Shown: positions 1 through 10,230 of the stretch, piece after piece | How positions within the stretch are numbered: position 1 is the stretch's first letter | Layout: every line of letters begins with the position of its first letter | From: an uncultured Phycisphaerales bacterium | GTDB taxonomy: Bacteria > Planctomycetota > Phycisphaerae > Tepidisphaerales > Tepidisphaeraceae | Reading direction: 5' to 3' | Assembly (NCBI GenBank): GCA_963844715.1 | Contig: CAWJPJ010000007.1 | Span: forward strand, 32,001 to 96,000 | Length of the DNA: 64,000 nucleotides | The notes under the pieces: generated by a model | What the model saw: only the letters and a program-made list of their open reading frames with translations | Database searches by the model: none | What the model was told of the DNA's origin: nothing | Program-made: the position numbers and the translations under genes

Positions 1-1264
1 ATCCGGTCAGTGATGTTCTCGATGTCGGCGAGCCGGGTTGCGCCGATTTGCGAGATGATCCCCATATTTTTGTGCAGCAGATGCCCCTGCCACCCGGCGT
101 AGACCAGCGCCACCAGGACAATTGGAAGAATCAACCAATGCCGAATCACGATGTACTGCGATGGAGCGGCCATCGACCATGCCCAGGCGATCATCCAGCA
201 GACCACCGGCAGCAACGGCAGCAGGTGATGAGCGCCCGCGCCGCGCTTGGCGGCCACGGGCAGCGTCACCAGGATCGCGGCGCCCAGCGCGCCCGCCGTC
301 ATCCACCAATCTGCGCCTCCGCGAATCATCCGATTGGCCCGACCAGATCGAAGGCAAACTTCCAAGCAGGCACAGTCCGGCCAACCACCCCGCGAAAACA
401 AGCGAAGCGGGCAACTCGCCGGCGAATGGATGCCGCGATGCCAGGCGCATCCACTCCTGGTAGTTTTGCAGGGAAATTTCCGGCAGCGAAAAGGGCGCTA
501 TCGCCACGGCGGCGGCGACGACCCCCGCCAGAATCAATGGACGCCATTTGCGGTGCCGCAGGTAAAAGGCGGTCGCGATAGGAATCGTGTATGCTGCCGC
601 GTTGATCTTCATGTTCACATCGATCCCCGCCGCCGCGCCCAACACCAGGGCGGCCCACCACGGATTCGAAAGCGTCAGGGCAAATACATTGAGCGACATC
701 AGAAAGAGCTGATGGCTGTCGGGCCGGCACCAGAATGAGCCGGCCCTAAACGCGAGGAAAACGACGGTCGCCAGCGCCGTGCACGCCAACCCTGCCCACC
801 GCCCCGCCACGCGCCAGCACGCCGCCAGAAGGAATCCCACGCCGGCCAGCGCGGAAACCGCCGTGCTCGCTTTAACGGCGAGAATTGACGGCCCCATCAA
901 CCAGCAATAACCCGCCGTCCAAAGATAAGTGTAGGGGCCATACGGCAGCGCATACTGCTCCGCCGCCGTCGGCGCCGGATAGACGCGCCTTTCCGCGCAT
1001 GAAAAGGCAGCTCACCGCGGCAATCTGTGGTTCAACGTGATCGGAAAACGCCGGACTCAGCGCATATTCGATTACAAAGCAGGCATAAAGGACGATGAGC
1101 CCGCCCGAAACCGCGCCCAGCGCCCACCCGTATTCCCGCCGATTTTTCACACCGACCCCGCGCAAGACAAATCCCGCCACCAGCGCCGCCGCGACCAGAG
1201 CAGCCAGCCATAGCACCGGGTAATCAGCAACCCACTCCATGCCCGGCCAAACCCCTTCCCGCAT
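1..1264 (-). CDS. Polytopic membrane protein, GT-C/ArnT-like glycosyltransferase (frameshifted; 3' end at or beyond the window edge)
   Basis: ORFs 872..1285 and 7..900 join across apparent indels; many hydrophobic segments; DHVEP and RPD motifs in loops, as in lipid-carrier-dependent transferases. Confidence 0.45.
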
Positions 1265-1373
1265 GAATCGTCGGACGTTTTTCAATCGCGCGCACGCCGC
1301 CGCGCCGGCTTGTGCAAATCAGCCGGGCACGATACATCATCCCCCAGGCGAGTTCCAATTCAGCAAATAAACC

Positions 1374-2393
1374 ATGAGCGAACCCCAATCGACCGACCCC
1401 AAAGCCGCCCTCCCGCTGGTCGTCGATTTGGATGGATCGCTTCTTCGCACCGATTCCCTCGTCGAATCGATTCTCGATCTCGCCCGCCGCCATCCTCTGC
1501 ATTTGTTCGTGCTGCCAATCTGGATCCTCCCCGGCCGCGCCGCCTTCAAGCGCCGCCTCGCCGAGTACACTAGCCTCGACGTCGCCACCCTCCCCTATCA
1601 CGCCGGGTTCCTGGAATATCTCCGCCAGCAGCACGCTCTTGGGCGCCGGCTCGTGCTCGCCACCGGCGCCGATCAATCCATCGCCCGCGCCGTCGCCGAT
1701 CATCTTGGGATATTCGACGAAGTGATCGGCAGCGACGGCACGCGCAATTACAGCGGCCGCGCCAAGCGCGAAGAACTCAACCGCCGCTTCGGCGCGAAGA
1801 ATTATGTCTACGCCGGGAACGCCCGCATCGATCTGCACGTCTGGCGCGACGCCGGCGCCGCCGTCCTCGTCGCCTGTTCCCCGATCCTGATGCACCGCGC
1901 TTCGTCCCTGACGGGAATCGAAAAGAACTTCCCCACCGAACACGCCCCCGGCTCGATGAGCCAGGCCATGCGCCTCGGACGACTGGTCCTGAACCTGCTC
2001 GTCTTCGTCCCCCTCTTTTCCAAAAATCATCCTCACAAGGGCCTGGCCCTGTTCCTCGCCTTTATCGCATTCTGTTTCATGTCATCTTCTGTTTATCTGC
2101 TCGACGATCTGCTCAATCTCAAGAAAGATCGCCGCGACGATTCGCGCCGCTTTCGCCCCTTCGCCGACGGCCGCGCCTCGCTTCTCCCCGCCGTCGCCCT
2201 CGCCGTCGCGCTCTTCGCCGTCGCCTTCGCCGTCGCGGGGCGCCTTCCCGTCAAGTTTGTCGCCATCCTCGCCCTCTATTTCGTCGCCGCCCTCGGCTAC
2301 GCCCTCTTCCTCAGAGGCGTCCCCGTCCTCGGCACCCTCGTCCAATTCGCCCTCCTCGCCCTCCGCATCATGGGCGGCTACTCGGCGATCTAG
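1374..2393 (+). CDS. HAD-like domain fused to a UbiA-family prenyltransferase domain
   Basis: N-terminal PLVVDLDGSLLRTD HAD motif; C-terminal SSVYLLDDLLNLKKDR...RPFADG UbiA motif with TM helices; appears shorter than usual for this fusion. Confidence 0.8.
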   Translation: MSEPQSTDPKAALPLVVDLDGSLLRTDSLVESILDLARRHPLHLFVLPIWILPGRAAFKRRLAEYTSLDVATLPYHAGFLEYLRQQHALGRRLVLATGADQSIARAVADHLGIFDEVIGSDGTRNYSGRAKREELNRRFGAKNYVYAGNARIDLHVWRDAGAAVLVACSPILMHRASSLTGIEKNFPTEHAPGSMSQAMRLGRLVLNLLVFVPLFSKNHPHKGLALFLAFIAFCFMSSSVYLLDDLLNLKKDRRDDSRRFRPFADGRASLLPAVALAVALFAVAFAVAGRLPVKFVAILALYFVAALGYALFLRGVPVLGTLVQFALLALRIMGGYSAI

Positions 2394-3891
2394 ATCGCCC
2401 GTCAATTTCATACACCCGAATCTCCGGATTCGTATAGGCGCGCAAATTGAAATCCGGCTTGCTCCACCAGACCAGCGGATACCTCCGGAACAATTCCCGA
2501 TGCCAATCCACGTGCTCCTTGAACCAATCCAGCGAATCCGGGGCCGCCATCGCCTCCGGAATAAAATATCGCTCATACGCCGTATCCGCGACCGCGACAT
2601 ACGAGTATCCCTCCAGTCGCAGCAATGCGATCGACCCCAAATCCGGCCCACTCTGCACCACCGTCACTTCAATCCCATTCCCGATCGTTTTGGAAACCGG
2701 CAGCTTATGAAAATTCTCCTCCGCCAGCAGCCCCGCATAAAAATCCGCCGCGATCCGCGTCCCCGGCGGAAGATTCGCAATCGCCCAGGCCCGAAACCGA
2801 TCCCGGCTGTCGTCTCCAAACTGCTCAATCGCCGACGCACACCGCGGCACGCCAATGCCCAGAAAAATCGCCGCGAACAAAACCGTCGTCACCACCCGCC
2901 CTCTCCTGCCCATTCCCTCCATGATCCAAACCGCCGCCAGCGCCGCGGTCACATGCCCCATCAAAACCACCGGCAGCACATAGCGATGAAACGGAATCAC
3001 CGAAAACGAAAGCATCGCCAAAAACCCCGGCCCGATCAGCAGCGCCACCAAATCCCAACCGTTCCTCTTCCGCCAGGTGAGAATGAAAACGATCCACGCC
3101 AAAATCCCGCCCGCCAAAATCCACCAGGTCGCCTCGTCCGGCAATATGCGCAGAGAAAACAGATTCGGCCGATGCATCGTCAGCCCAAAATGGCTGGTCA
3201 CGCTATGTTCCACTTCCCCCTCGAACGATTCCCGAAAATTCGAAAGCCGGTTCAAAGCGCGATAATTAATCCCCGCCGATAAAATCGCAAAACAAGCCAG
3301 CATGACCCCCACCCGCCCCAATCTCACGAGCCAATTCTTCGCCGGCGTAACCAGAACCACCGCCAGCCCCGGAACCAAAAACACCAATCCCGCATATTTC
3401 GCCGAAGCCGCCACCGCACACGCCAATCCCACCAGCCCCGCCCCCGTCCACGACCTCCTCACAAACGCCCATCGCGTCATCAGCAGCACGAGCAAAAGCC
3501 CCATCGCCAGCCCCGCGTCCTCCTTGAAGTAATGCGCATAAACCAGCAGTGAAGAGCAGCACATCAGAGAAACGCCGACGAGAATTTCCCCAAAAATTCC
3601 CCCGCACAAAAACCCCAGCGCGCACCCAGCTGAGATCGCCACTGCCGCGAACACCGCCGAAACATCCCGCCCCGCATGCGCCACCGCCTGCGTATTCCGC
3701 GCCACTCCGCCCCAATCGACCACCCGCTGCGTGCACTCCAGCAAGAGCTGCGGATGCAAAAAATTCCGAAACCCCTCAGAAGAAAGAATCTGCTCCGTCT
3801 TCGTAGGCTCGTCCGGGTGATACCCAAAAGGAAAATCGTTATGCCGCGTGCAAAGCCAGAGTTCGGCGGCAAACGCCCCTACGAGGATCAA
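2368..3891 (-). CDS. Phospholipid carrier-dependent glycosyltransferase (GT39/ArnT-like)
   Basis: HPDE loop motif after the first TM helix, AHYFKED, ASAKYAG, RYVLP motifs, multiple TM helices. Confidence 0.75.
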   Translation of the reverse strand: MILVGAFAAELWLCTRHNDFPFGYHPDEPTKTEQILSSEGFRNFLHPQLLLECTQRVVDWGGVARNTQAVAHAGRDVSAVFAAVAISAGCALGFLCGGIFGEILVGVSLMCCSSLLVYAHYFKEDAGLAMGLLLVLLMTRWAFVRRSWTGAGLVGLACAVAASAKYAGLVFLVPGLAVVLVTPAKNWLVRLGRVGVMLACFAILSAGINYRALNRLSNFRESFEGEVEHSVTSHFGLTMHRPNLFSLRILPDEATWWILAGGILAWIVFILTWRKRNGWDLVALLIGPGFLAMLSFSVIPFHRYVLPVVLMGHVTAALAAVWIMEGMGRRGRVVTTVLFAAIFLGIGVPRCASAIEQFGDDSRDRFRAWAIANLPPGTRIAADFYAGLLAEENFHKLPVSKTIGNGIEVTVVQSGPDLGSIALLRLEGYSYVAVADTAYERYFIPEAMAAPDSLDWFKEHVDWHRELFRRYPLVWWSKPDFNLRAYTNPEIRVYEIDGRSRSPSSRP

Positions 3892-3898
3892 AAGAAAC

Positions 3899-3984
3899 GC
3901 TGAATGCTGAATGATGAATGATGAATGATGAATGAGATGCGCCGTCTTCTTTATTCATCATTCGGCGTTCATCATTCAGCATTT
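3899..3984. repeat. Imperfect palindrome built of TGATGAA/TTCATCA heptamers
   Basis: tgaatgctgaatgatgaatgatgaatgatgaatga ... ttcatcattcggcgttcatcattcagcatt. Confidence 0.85.
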
Positions 3985-3986
3985 TC

Positions 3987-4878
3987 TTACGGGTGCATCA
4001 GCGGCATCGATCTGGCAAACCGCTCCGCCAATATCTGCCCCGTCGGATCGTTCATCGCCACGATTTCCGCCCGCACCTTTTCCACGCGGTCTTTCATGTC
4101 CGGATGGGTGCTCATGATCGACCCGCCCCCGGCCATTCCCTGCAATTGCTCGAGTCGTTCCAGGAAGTGGAGATAGCAATGCGGGTCGTAACCCGCCGCC
4201 GTCATGATCTGCACGCCCGCCTGATCCGCCGCGAATTCCTGCGGCTGCGTATACCCCGTCTTGGTGACCGCGTCGATGCAAGAGTCCGTCAATTGCGAGA
4301 ACTGCGCCGTCGGCCCCGCGGCGCTCAGCGCATCGGAAAACCCTGCGTTCTCCTCCGCCTTCTTCACCTGGTTCAATCCGTCGTGATGGCAGACATGCCC
4401 GACCTCATGCGCTAAAACCCCCGCCAGCTCCGCCTCGTTCTGCATCTTCTCCAGCGCCCTGCGCGTCACAAACACATATCCGTTCGGCCCCGAAAACGCG
4501 TTCACTTCGTCCGTGTTCAAAACCCCGAACACATAGTTCCCGCCGGGGTTCGGGCTCTGCGCTGGCCACCGTCAATCCCACCAGCGTCACATACGTCTCG
4601 ACCCGCACATCCTCATACACGCCGTAATGGCTCGTCAGTTGCGCCCCCACCGCCTGCCCCATGGCGTCCTCGTCCTTTTCACTCAGCGCCATGGCATTGG
4701 CTTCATGCCCGCCCGCCTTGATGAGCTGTCCCGTCGGCCCACCCACCATATTCCCCAGATTCTCCGAGTTGAACGGGCTGTTCGCCCCGCATCCCCCCGC
4801 CACCAGAAGCGCCGACAGCGCCCCAATTCCCGCCGCGGCCGTCAATCCCGATATAAACCATGCGCGTTTCATCTTCAT
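3987..4878 (-). CDS. M48-family metallopeptidase, probable lipoprotein (frameshift near 4540)
   Basis: VNAFSGPNGYVFV, EAELAGVLAHEVGH (HExxH), QEFAAD, STHP motifs; N-terminal signal ending LLVAGGC. Confidence 0.85.
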
Positions 4879-4894
4879 TTCCCTCGATTGCGGT

Positions 4895-5392
4895 TTATTG
4901 CGCGCCCGGCGCGTCAGGTCCCACTTTTCCCTCGGCGGTGAATTTCTCCCACAGCTTCGGATCGAAATGTTTCCGGAAGTCGATCAGCTTATTCATCGGC
5001 CCCGGATCGATGTTCTTGCTCGCCGCCCAGTCGTCCGCTTCCGGCGCCAGCCCCTTCCCCGCCGCGCCGCTGCTCATGTTCGACGCATCCGCTCCGGCCC
5101 CCAAACTCGCCAGCAGATTTCCGCCGCCCCCGACCTTCTCCGGCGAAGTCGCCCCGTCAAACACATATCCCTGTTGATCGTTCACCTGCACTTTGATCCA
5201 GTGCCCCTCGCGATCCACGACGGTCAATTCCGCCCCCTTCGTCGCCGTCGCGATCACCGGATAGACCGCTCCTTTGCCGGAGCGAATCTGTACCTGCTCG
5301 CTTTTGATCCAAACCGAATCCGCCAGCGCCCCCGCCGCCAGCATGCCCGTAGCAAAAAACATCACCCACGACGCCCTGCGTCCTTTATTCAT
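4895..5392 (-). CDS. Exported SH3b-domain protein
   Basis: Signal peptide then IRSGKGAVYPVIATATKGAELTVVDREGHWIKVQVNDQQGYV, a bacterial SH3 pattern. Confidence 0.75.
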   Translation of the reverse strand: MNKGRRASWVMFFATGMLAAGALADSVWIKSEQVQIRSGKGAVYPVIATATKGAELTVVDREGHWIKVQVNDQQGYVFDGATSPEKVGGGGNLLASLGAGADASNMSSGAAGKGLAPEADDWAASKNIDPGPMNKLIDFRKHFDPKLWEKFTAEGKVGPDAPGAQ

Positions 5393-5424
5393 AACCGCGA
5401 CCCTTTCATTTTTCTGGCGCTTTT

Positions 5425-5468
5425 CCCCTCTCCCCGTGTACTCACGGGGAGAGAGCAAGGGTGAGGGG
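5425..5468. repeat. REP-like hairpin (CCCCTCTCCCCG...CGGGGAGAG...GGGTGAGGGG)
   Basis: Stem-loop; related copy at 8518-8557. Confidence 0.75.
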
Positions 5469-5486
5469 CGGTATTTCGAATGCCGC

Positions 5487-7505
5487 TCACTTTTCCTTCG
5501 CCTCATAAGTTCCATCCCAATCACTCGCCGGCGGATGGCTCCGCAGCGCCGCAATTCGCGCCAGCAAAGCCTTCGCAGGCCCATCATCCGCGAAACGCTT
5601 TCCAAGCTCAAGCAATTCTTGCTCCGCCAAGTCCCACTTCTGCGCCTGATAATTCCCAAACGCCGACTCATAACCGCGAACCAATTCGTTGAGCGGTCCC
5701 CCATCCTTTTTTTCGGAAATCAACTCAAAAACCGCCATCGGCTTGCTCTTCCCCTTCACCTTCAGCAGGTCCACCCGCCGAAGCAAAAACTCATCCTTAA
5801 CCAGATCCGCCGTCGTCTGTGCCAGCAATATCCGCGTCCCGTAGAGCTTATTCGCTCCCTCCAATCGGCTCGCCAGATTCACCCCATCCCCCAGTGCCGT
5901 GTAGTTGAATAAATGGGATGATCCGACAAACCCCACCGCCGCGTCGGTCGTGTTGACCCCGATTCGCGTGAAAAGCTGCTTCGCCCCCAGCGCCGCCAGA
6001 TCCTCGCGGATCACATCCTCCCTCTGCGCGATCGCCAGCGCCGTCCGGCAAGCCCGCGCCGCGTGATCCTCCTGCGGCAGCGGCGCATTCCAGAAACACA
6101 TGATCGCGTCCCCGATGTACTTATCCAGCGTCCCCCCGTGCACCAGAACCTGATCCGACATCTCCCCCAGATACCGATTCAATAGTTCCCCCAGTTTCTG
6201 CACATCGATCGACTCGCTCATCGATGTGAAATTCGCCAAATCCGTGAAGAGCAGAGTCACATGCGTCCGGATCGTCCCCAGCGCCAGCCTCCCCGGCTCC
6301 CGCGCCAGTTCCTGCGCCACCGCCGGCGACACCACTTTCGACAATGCCTTCAGCATGAATTTCCGCTGCCGATCTTCCGCGAAGTAGGTCCACCCGAATG
6401 CCGCCATCCCCGCCACCGCCACCGCGATCAGCGGCCCCGTCGGCGCCAGCCACTGAATCTCGGGGCGCAGGAATAACTCCGCCCCCATGGCCACAATTCC
6501 GCCGATCCCCAATATCGGCCCCAGCAACTTGATGCCCGCGGGCCGCGGGAAGACGACCAGCAGCGCCGTAATTCCCGCCGCCAAAAGCGCCGCCCCCGCG
6601 CGGGTGCCGCGCGACACCGGCTGGACCGATTCGCCCGAAATCAAATTCTCAATCGCAGTCGCCTGAACCTCCACCCCCGGATATTCCGACGACAGCGGCG
6701 AAGCCTTCAGGTCGTACGTCCCCGCTGTAATCGCACCGACCAGCACGATCTTGTCCTTGAACCAGTCGGGCGAAATCCCGGTCTGCTTTTCCGACCCCGG
6801 CGTCAGCGCTGTCGCCAATACGTGCGACGCCGATACAAATCGAAACGTCGATTTCCCATCCGCCGTGACATGCGGCCCATAGTAATGCAGTAAAAACGGC
6901 CGATCCGTTGGCAGTTTCGCCTCGTCCCCCGCCGCCAAAACCGCCGCCAGCGCGATGCTCGGTTTCCCGTATACCTCGGGTTCATAGCGCCGGTAAGTCA
7001 CATTGTTCCCCACATTCACCGCCCCCAAACTCGCCCGCGTCGCCGGCGGCGCAAAATGGTCCCAGCTCCCGTCCTTCTCCACCAGCGACCCAAACACCAC
7101 CGGCGTCTTCAATCCCCCCACGATCGTCGCGAACGTGTCATCATCCCCCGTGCTGTTTTCATAAACGCTCGTCTGATCGAAGATCAAATCCAGCGCCACC
7201 GCCTTCGCCCCGCACTTCTGCGCATACTCCGCAATATGCCCCCAAAACTCCCGCGGCCACGGCCACCCGAACTTCATCCCCTCATCCACTTCCGCCAGGC
7301 TCTTGTCATCCACCGCCACAATCACCACCGGCCCATCCACCCGGCTGTCCACCGGCCGAAGCCGGTAAAACGCATCGTAAAATGCGTTGTCCCCCTTCTC
7401 CACCACATCCCGCAGCAGAGGCGCCCGCTCGCAAACCCAGGCCGCAAGCCAGGCCAGGGCCACGATCCCCAGACAAACCGAGATGCGCCGAAAAAAGTGC
7501 TTCAC
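5487..7505 (-). CDS. CHASE2-domain class III adenylate cyclase
   Basis: CHASE2 motifs WPWPR, DKIVLVG, PGVEVQA; three TM helices; catalytic LFTDLANFT, DKYIGDAIM, YTALGDGVNLASRLE (Lys/Thr residues typical of ATP specificity); GTG start chosen 9 nt after a TACACT -10 box. Confidence 0.92.
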   Translation of the reverse strand: MKHFFRRISVCLGIVALAWLAAWVCERAPLLRDVVEKGDNAFYDAFYRLRPVDSRVDGPVVIVAVDDKSLAEVDEGMKFGWPWPREFWGHIAEYAQKCGAKAVALDLIFDQTSVYENSTGDDDTFATIVGGLKTPVVFGSLVEKDGSWDHFAPPATRASLGAVNVGNNVTYRRYEPEVYGKPSIALAAVLAAGDEAKLPTDRPFLLHYYGPHVTADGKSTFRFVSASHVLATALTPGSEKQTGISPDWFKDKIVLVGAITAGTYDLKASPLSSEYPGVEVQATAIENLISGESVQPVSRGTRAGAALLAAGITALLVVFPRPAGIKLLGPILGIGGIVAMGAELFLRPEIQWLAPTGPLIAVAVAGMAAFGWTYFAEDRQRKFMLKALSKVVSPAVAQELAREPGRLALGTIRTHVTLLFTDLANFTSMSESIDVQKLGELLNRYLGEMSDQVLVHGGTLDKYIGDAIMCFWNAPLPQEDHAARACRTALAIAQREDVIREDLAALGAKQLFTRIGVNTTDAAVGFVGSSHLFNYTALGDGVNLASRLEGANKLYGTRILLAQTTADLVKDEFLLRRVDLLKVKGKSKPMAVFELISEKKDGGPLNELVRGYESAFGNYQAQKWDLAEQELLELGKRFADDGPAKALLARIAALRSHPPASDWDGTYEAKEK

Positions 7506-7536
7506 CGGGGGGATAGTGTAACGCCAAATCCTGGCC

Positions 7537-7699
7537 AATGACGAAATTCGAATGACGAATGTGCGATAGCATCCGCCGTGGCGGGACGAATCAATGAACG
7601 AATGCTCGAACCGCCATTTTCGAACATTGGAGCATTGGAATTTGATTCGTCCCGCCACGGCGGATGCTATCGCACATTTGTCATTCGAATTTCGTCATT
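7537..7699. repeat. 163-bp palindromic element with 58-bp arms
   Basis: 7537-7594 is the reverse complement of 7642-7699 at 57/58 positions; diverged arm copy at 19109-19160. Confidence 0.92.
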
Positions 7700-7940
7700 C
7701 CCCAATTCAACCGCGATCCGGTGCCGTAGAAAAATGATGCGCGGTTTCCCATGAGTATATTTTTTTTGTCGAGAACATTGCGCCGATTTCCGATACCTTC
7801 TTCGGACAGGAGTTGTGCATTTGTACGCTGGGGCATCGATGGGCCGTTCCCGCATTCCTTAGATTCAACCGCGCACTCTGGGGATCGTTCAAGTGTTCAA
7901 TATTTTAAGCCGCCCCGTTTCATTTTATGGGGTGCGGCAT

Positions 7941-8495
7941 ATGAAAGGCGTTCGAGCGATGATGTTTGGTTTTTTGAAAAAAGCAGAGTCGAAGCAGTGT
8001 CCGGAACTTCCGCACCCGCGAACCATTTCCAGCGAAATCGTCGACCAGCTCACCGAGGCCGGCGCCCCGGCCGATCCCGATCCGTCCGATCGCAGGGAAG
8101 CGGTTCGCATCTGCGTCGGCACACGCGCTAAAATTCGCGTCGGAAGTCCCGACGCCCCTCTCGTCACCGGCATGGTTCGCGATCTTTCCTGCAAGAGCGT
8201 CGGCCTGCTCATGGAATTCCCGCCGCGCCTGAATGAACTGTGCTGGATCTACATCCCCAAGCGCATCGACCCCACCGACCACATCGCCATGGCCGCCACC
8301 ATTTCCCGCTGCGCTCGCGGCGGTTTGGACAAGTCCATTTTCCACGTCGCCGCCATGTTCGTAGAGGGAGAAGCCCCAGCCCTCCCCAAGCCGCAGGAGC
8401 CCGAACCCGCCAAAGCCCCCGTCATCGCGCGCACCAGCTTCAAGTCGTCCCTCTTCGCCCCACAACACCCGTCGATCGCGCCCGACCCAAAATAA
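7941..8495 (+). CDS. PilZ-domain protein
   Basis: DRREAVR (RxxxR) followed by VRDLSCKSVGL (DxSxxG-like, Gly replaced by Ser); Pro-rich tail. Confidence 0.7.
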   Translation: MKGVRAMMFGFLKKAESKQCPELPHPRTISSEIVDQLTEAGAPADPDPSDRREAVRICVGTRAKIRVGSPDAPLVTGMVRDLSCKSVGLLMEFPPRLNELCWIYIPKRIDPTDHIAMAATISRCARGGLDKSIFHVAAMFVEGEAPALPKPQEPEPAKAPVIARTSFKSSLFAPQHPSIAPDPK

Positions 8496-8517
8496 ACGAA
8501 CGATGTGCCGCGCCTTT

Positions 8518-8590
8518 CCCCTCTCCCCGGTATGCCGGGGAGAGGCCGGGTGATGGGCAATTCGTCATTTGTCATTCGAATTTCGTCATT
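8518..8590. repeat. REP-like hairpin plus a TTCGTCATT-type half repeat
   Basis: cccctctccccggtatgccggggagagg hairpin followed by ttcgtcatttgtcattcgaatttcgtcatt, which matches the end of the 7642-7699 arm. Confidence 0.75.
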
Positions 8591-8648
8591 CCCCCAAAAC
8601 CCCTCCCCTCGACGCCCCGCCCCAATTCGGTCAAAATCCCCCTTCGCA

Positions 8649-10230
8649 ATGCCGCTGGCGGAACTTCACTTCAATCTCGAAGAATGGATTCCCACCTTTT
8701 CTGAGGTCATCCGTGCCCTTTCCACCGGCGTCGCCGTCTTCGTCATCGGGATGCTCGTTTACCTCGGACTCCGAAAATACATCCTCCGCACCCGCCTCAC
8801 CGCCGCCTCCCTCGTCACCATCATCGCCCTGGCGATCTACTTCGGATTCATCGCCGGCAAGCCCAAGCAGATGCTCAGTGGCGAGGACACCATCGCCATC
8901 TGGATCCACCGCTTCTTCGCCGCCGCCATTCTCTTTGCCGCCCTCCGCGCCCTCGACCGCCTGCTCATCGTCCCCATCCTCTCGCGCGGCGGCCGCGTCC
9001 CCGTCTCCCGCTTCATCCACCAGATCGTCAACATCGTCATGGCCTGCTTCGCCGTTCTCAGCTTCGGAGCCTGGGCCTTCGGCTGGAACATTCAGGGCTT
9101 CCTCGCCGGCTCGGCGGTCGTCTCCATCGTCCTCGGCCTGGCTTTCAGGAAACCCTCGGCAACTTCTTCAGCGGGCTGGTCATGCAGGCCGCCAGCCCAT
9201 TCGCCATCGGCGACTGGATCGTCTGCGCCGGCGTCGAAGGCCGCATCGTGGACATGACCTGGCGGGCCGTCACCATCCACACGCTTGAGGACAACCACGT
9301 CATCATCCCCAACGGCACCGTCGCCGCGCGCAAATCGTCAACTTCAACACCCCCACAACCGCCACCGCGCGAACCGTCCAGGTCGGGCTCCACTACGACC
9401 ATCCCCCCGCGCAGGCCATGCAACTGCTGAAAAAAACCGCCCTGGAAACCGAAGGCGTCGCCTCCAAGCCGGAACCGATCGTTTTCCTCGATTCCTTCGA
9501 CGACTCCGCCATCACCTACGTCGTCAAATTCTGGATCACCGAGCCTCCCAATCATGTCAGAATCGAAACCGAGGTGCGCACCAACATCTGGTACCGCGTG
9601 AAGGAAAAGGGGTTCAGCATCCCGTTCCCCATGCGGACCGTCGAGCACATCGACCTGGACAAGAAGACCCAGGCGCAGGCCGAAACCACTGCCCGCGACC
9701 GCTACAACGCCATCAAAAATCTCTGGCTATTCACCCCCCTCTCCGAAGACGAAAAGCTCAAGCTCGCCAAAGGCGCAACCGACCTCTTCCTCGCCAATGG
9801 GCAGGTCCTCTTCCGCCAAAACGACGCCGGCGATTCGCTTTACGTCGTCCGCTCGGGCGCCGTCGACGTCCTGATCGACCAGCCGGACGGCTCCCAGGCC
9901 AAAGTCGCCACGCTCCCGGCCGGGAATTTCTTCGGCGAAATGTCCGCCCTCACCGGACAGCCCCGCACCGCCACCATCCGCGCCAGCGGAGAACTCTGCT
10001 GCGTGGTCATCGGAAAAGACGACTTAAACGCCGTCTTCACCGCCGACCCCGCCATGATGGAAAAAATCAGTGAGGTGATCGCCGAAAGAAATGCCCACCG
10101 CGCCAAAATCCAGGCCAGCGCCACCGCCAGCGCCGCAGCCAAAACCGAGGACGTCAAGACCGAACAGAAATCTCTACTGGGACGGATGCTGAAGTTTTTC
10201 GGCCGCGGCGCCCCCGATGATTCCCATTAA
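8649..10230 (+). CDS. MscS-family channel with C-terminal cyclic nucleotide-binding domain (two frameshifts)
   Basis: SAVVSIVLGLA(xQ)ETLGN, PFAIGDWI, TWRAVTI, IIPN MscS motifs; cNMP domain LFRQNDAGDSLY...FFGEMSALTGQPRTATIRA; pieces 8505..9257, 9182..9430, 9418..10230. Confidence 0.88.
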
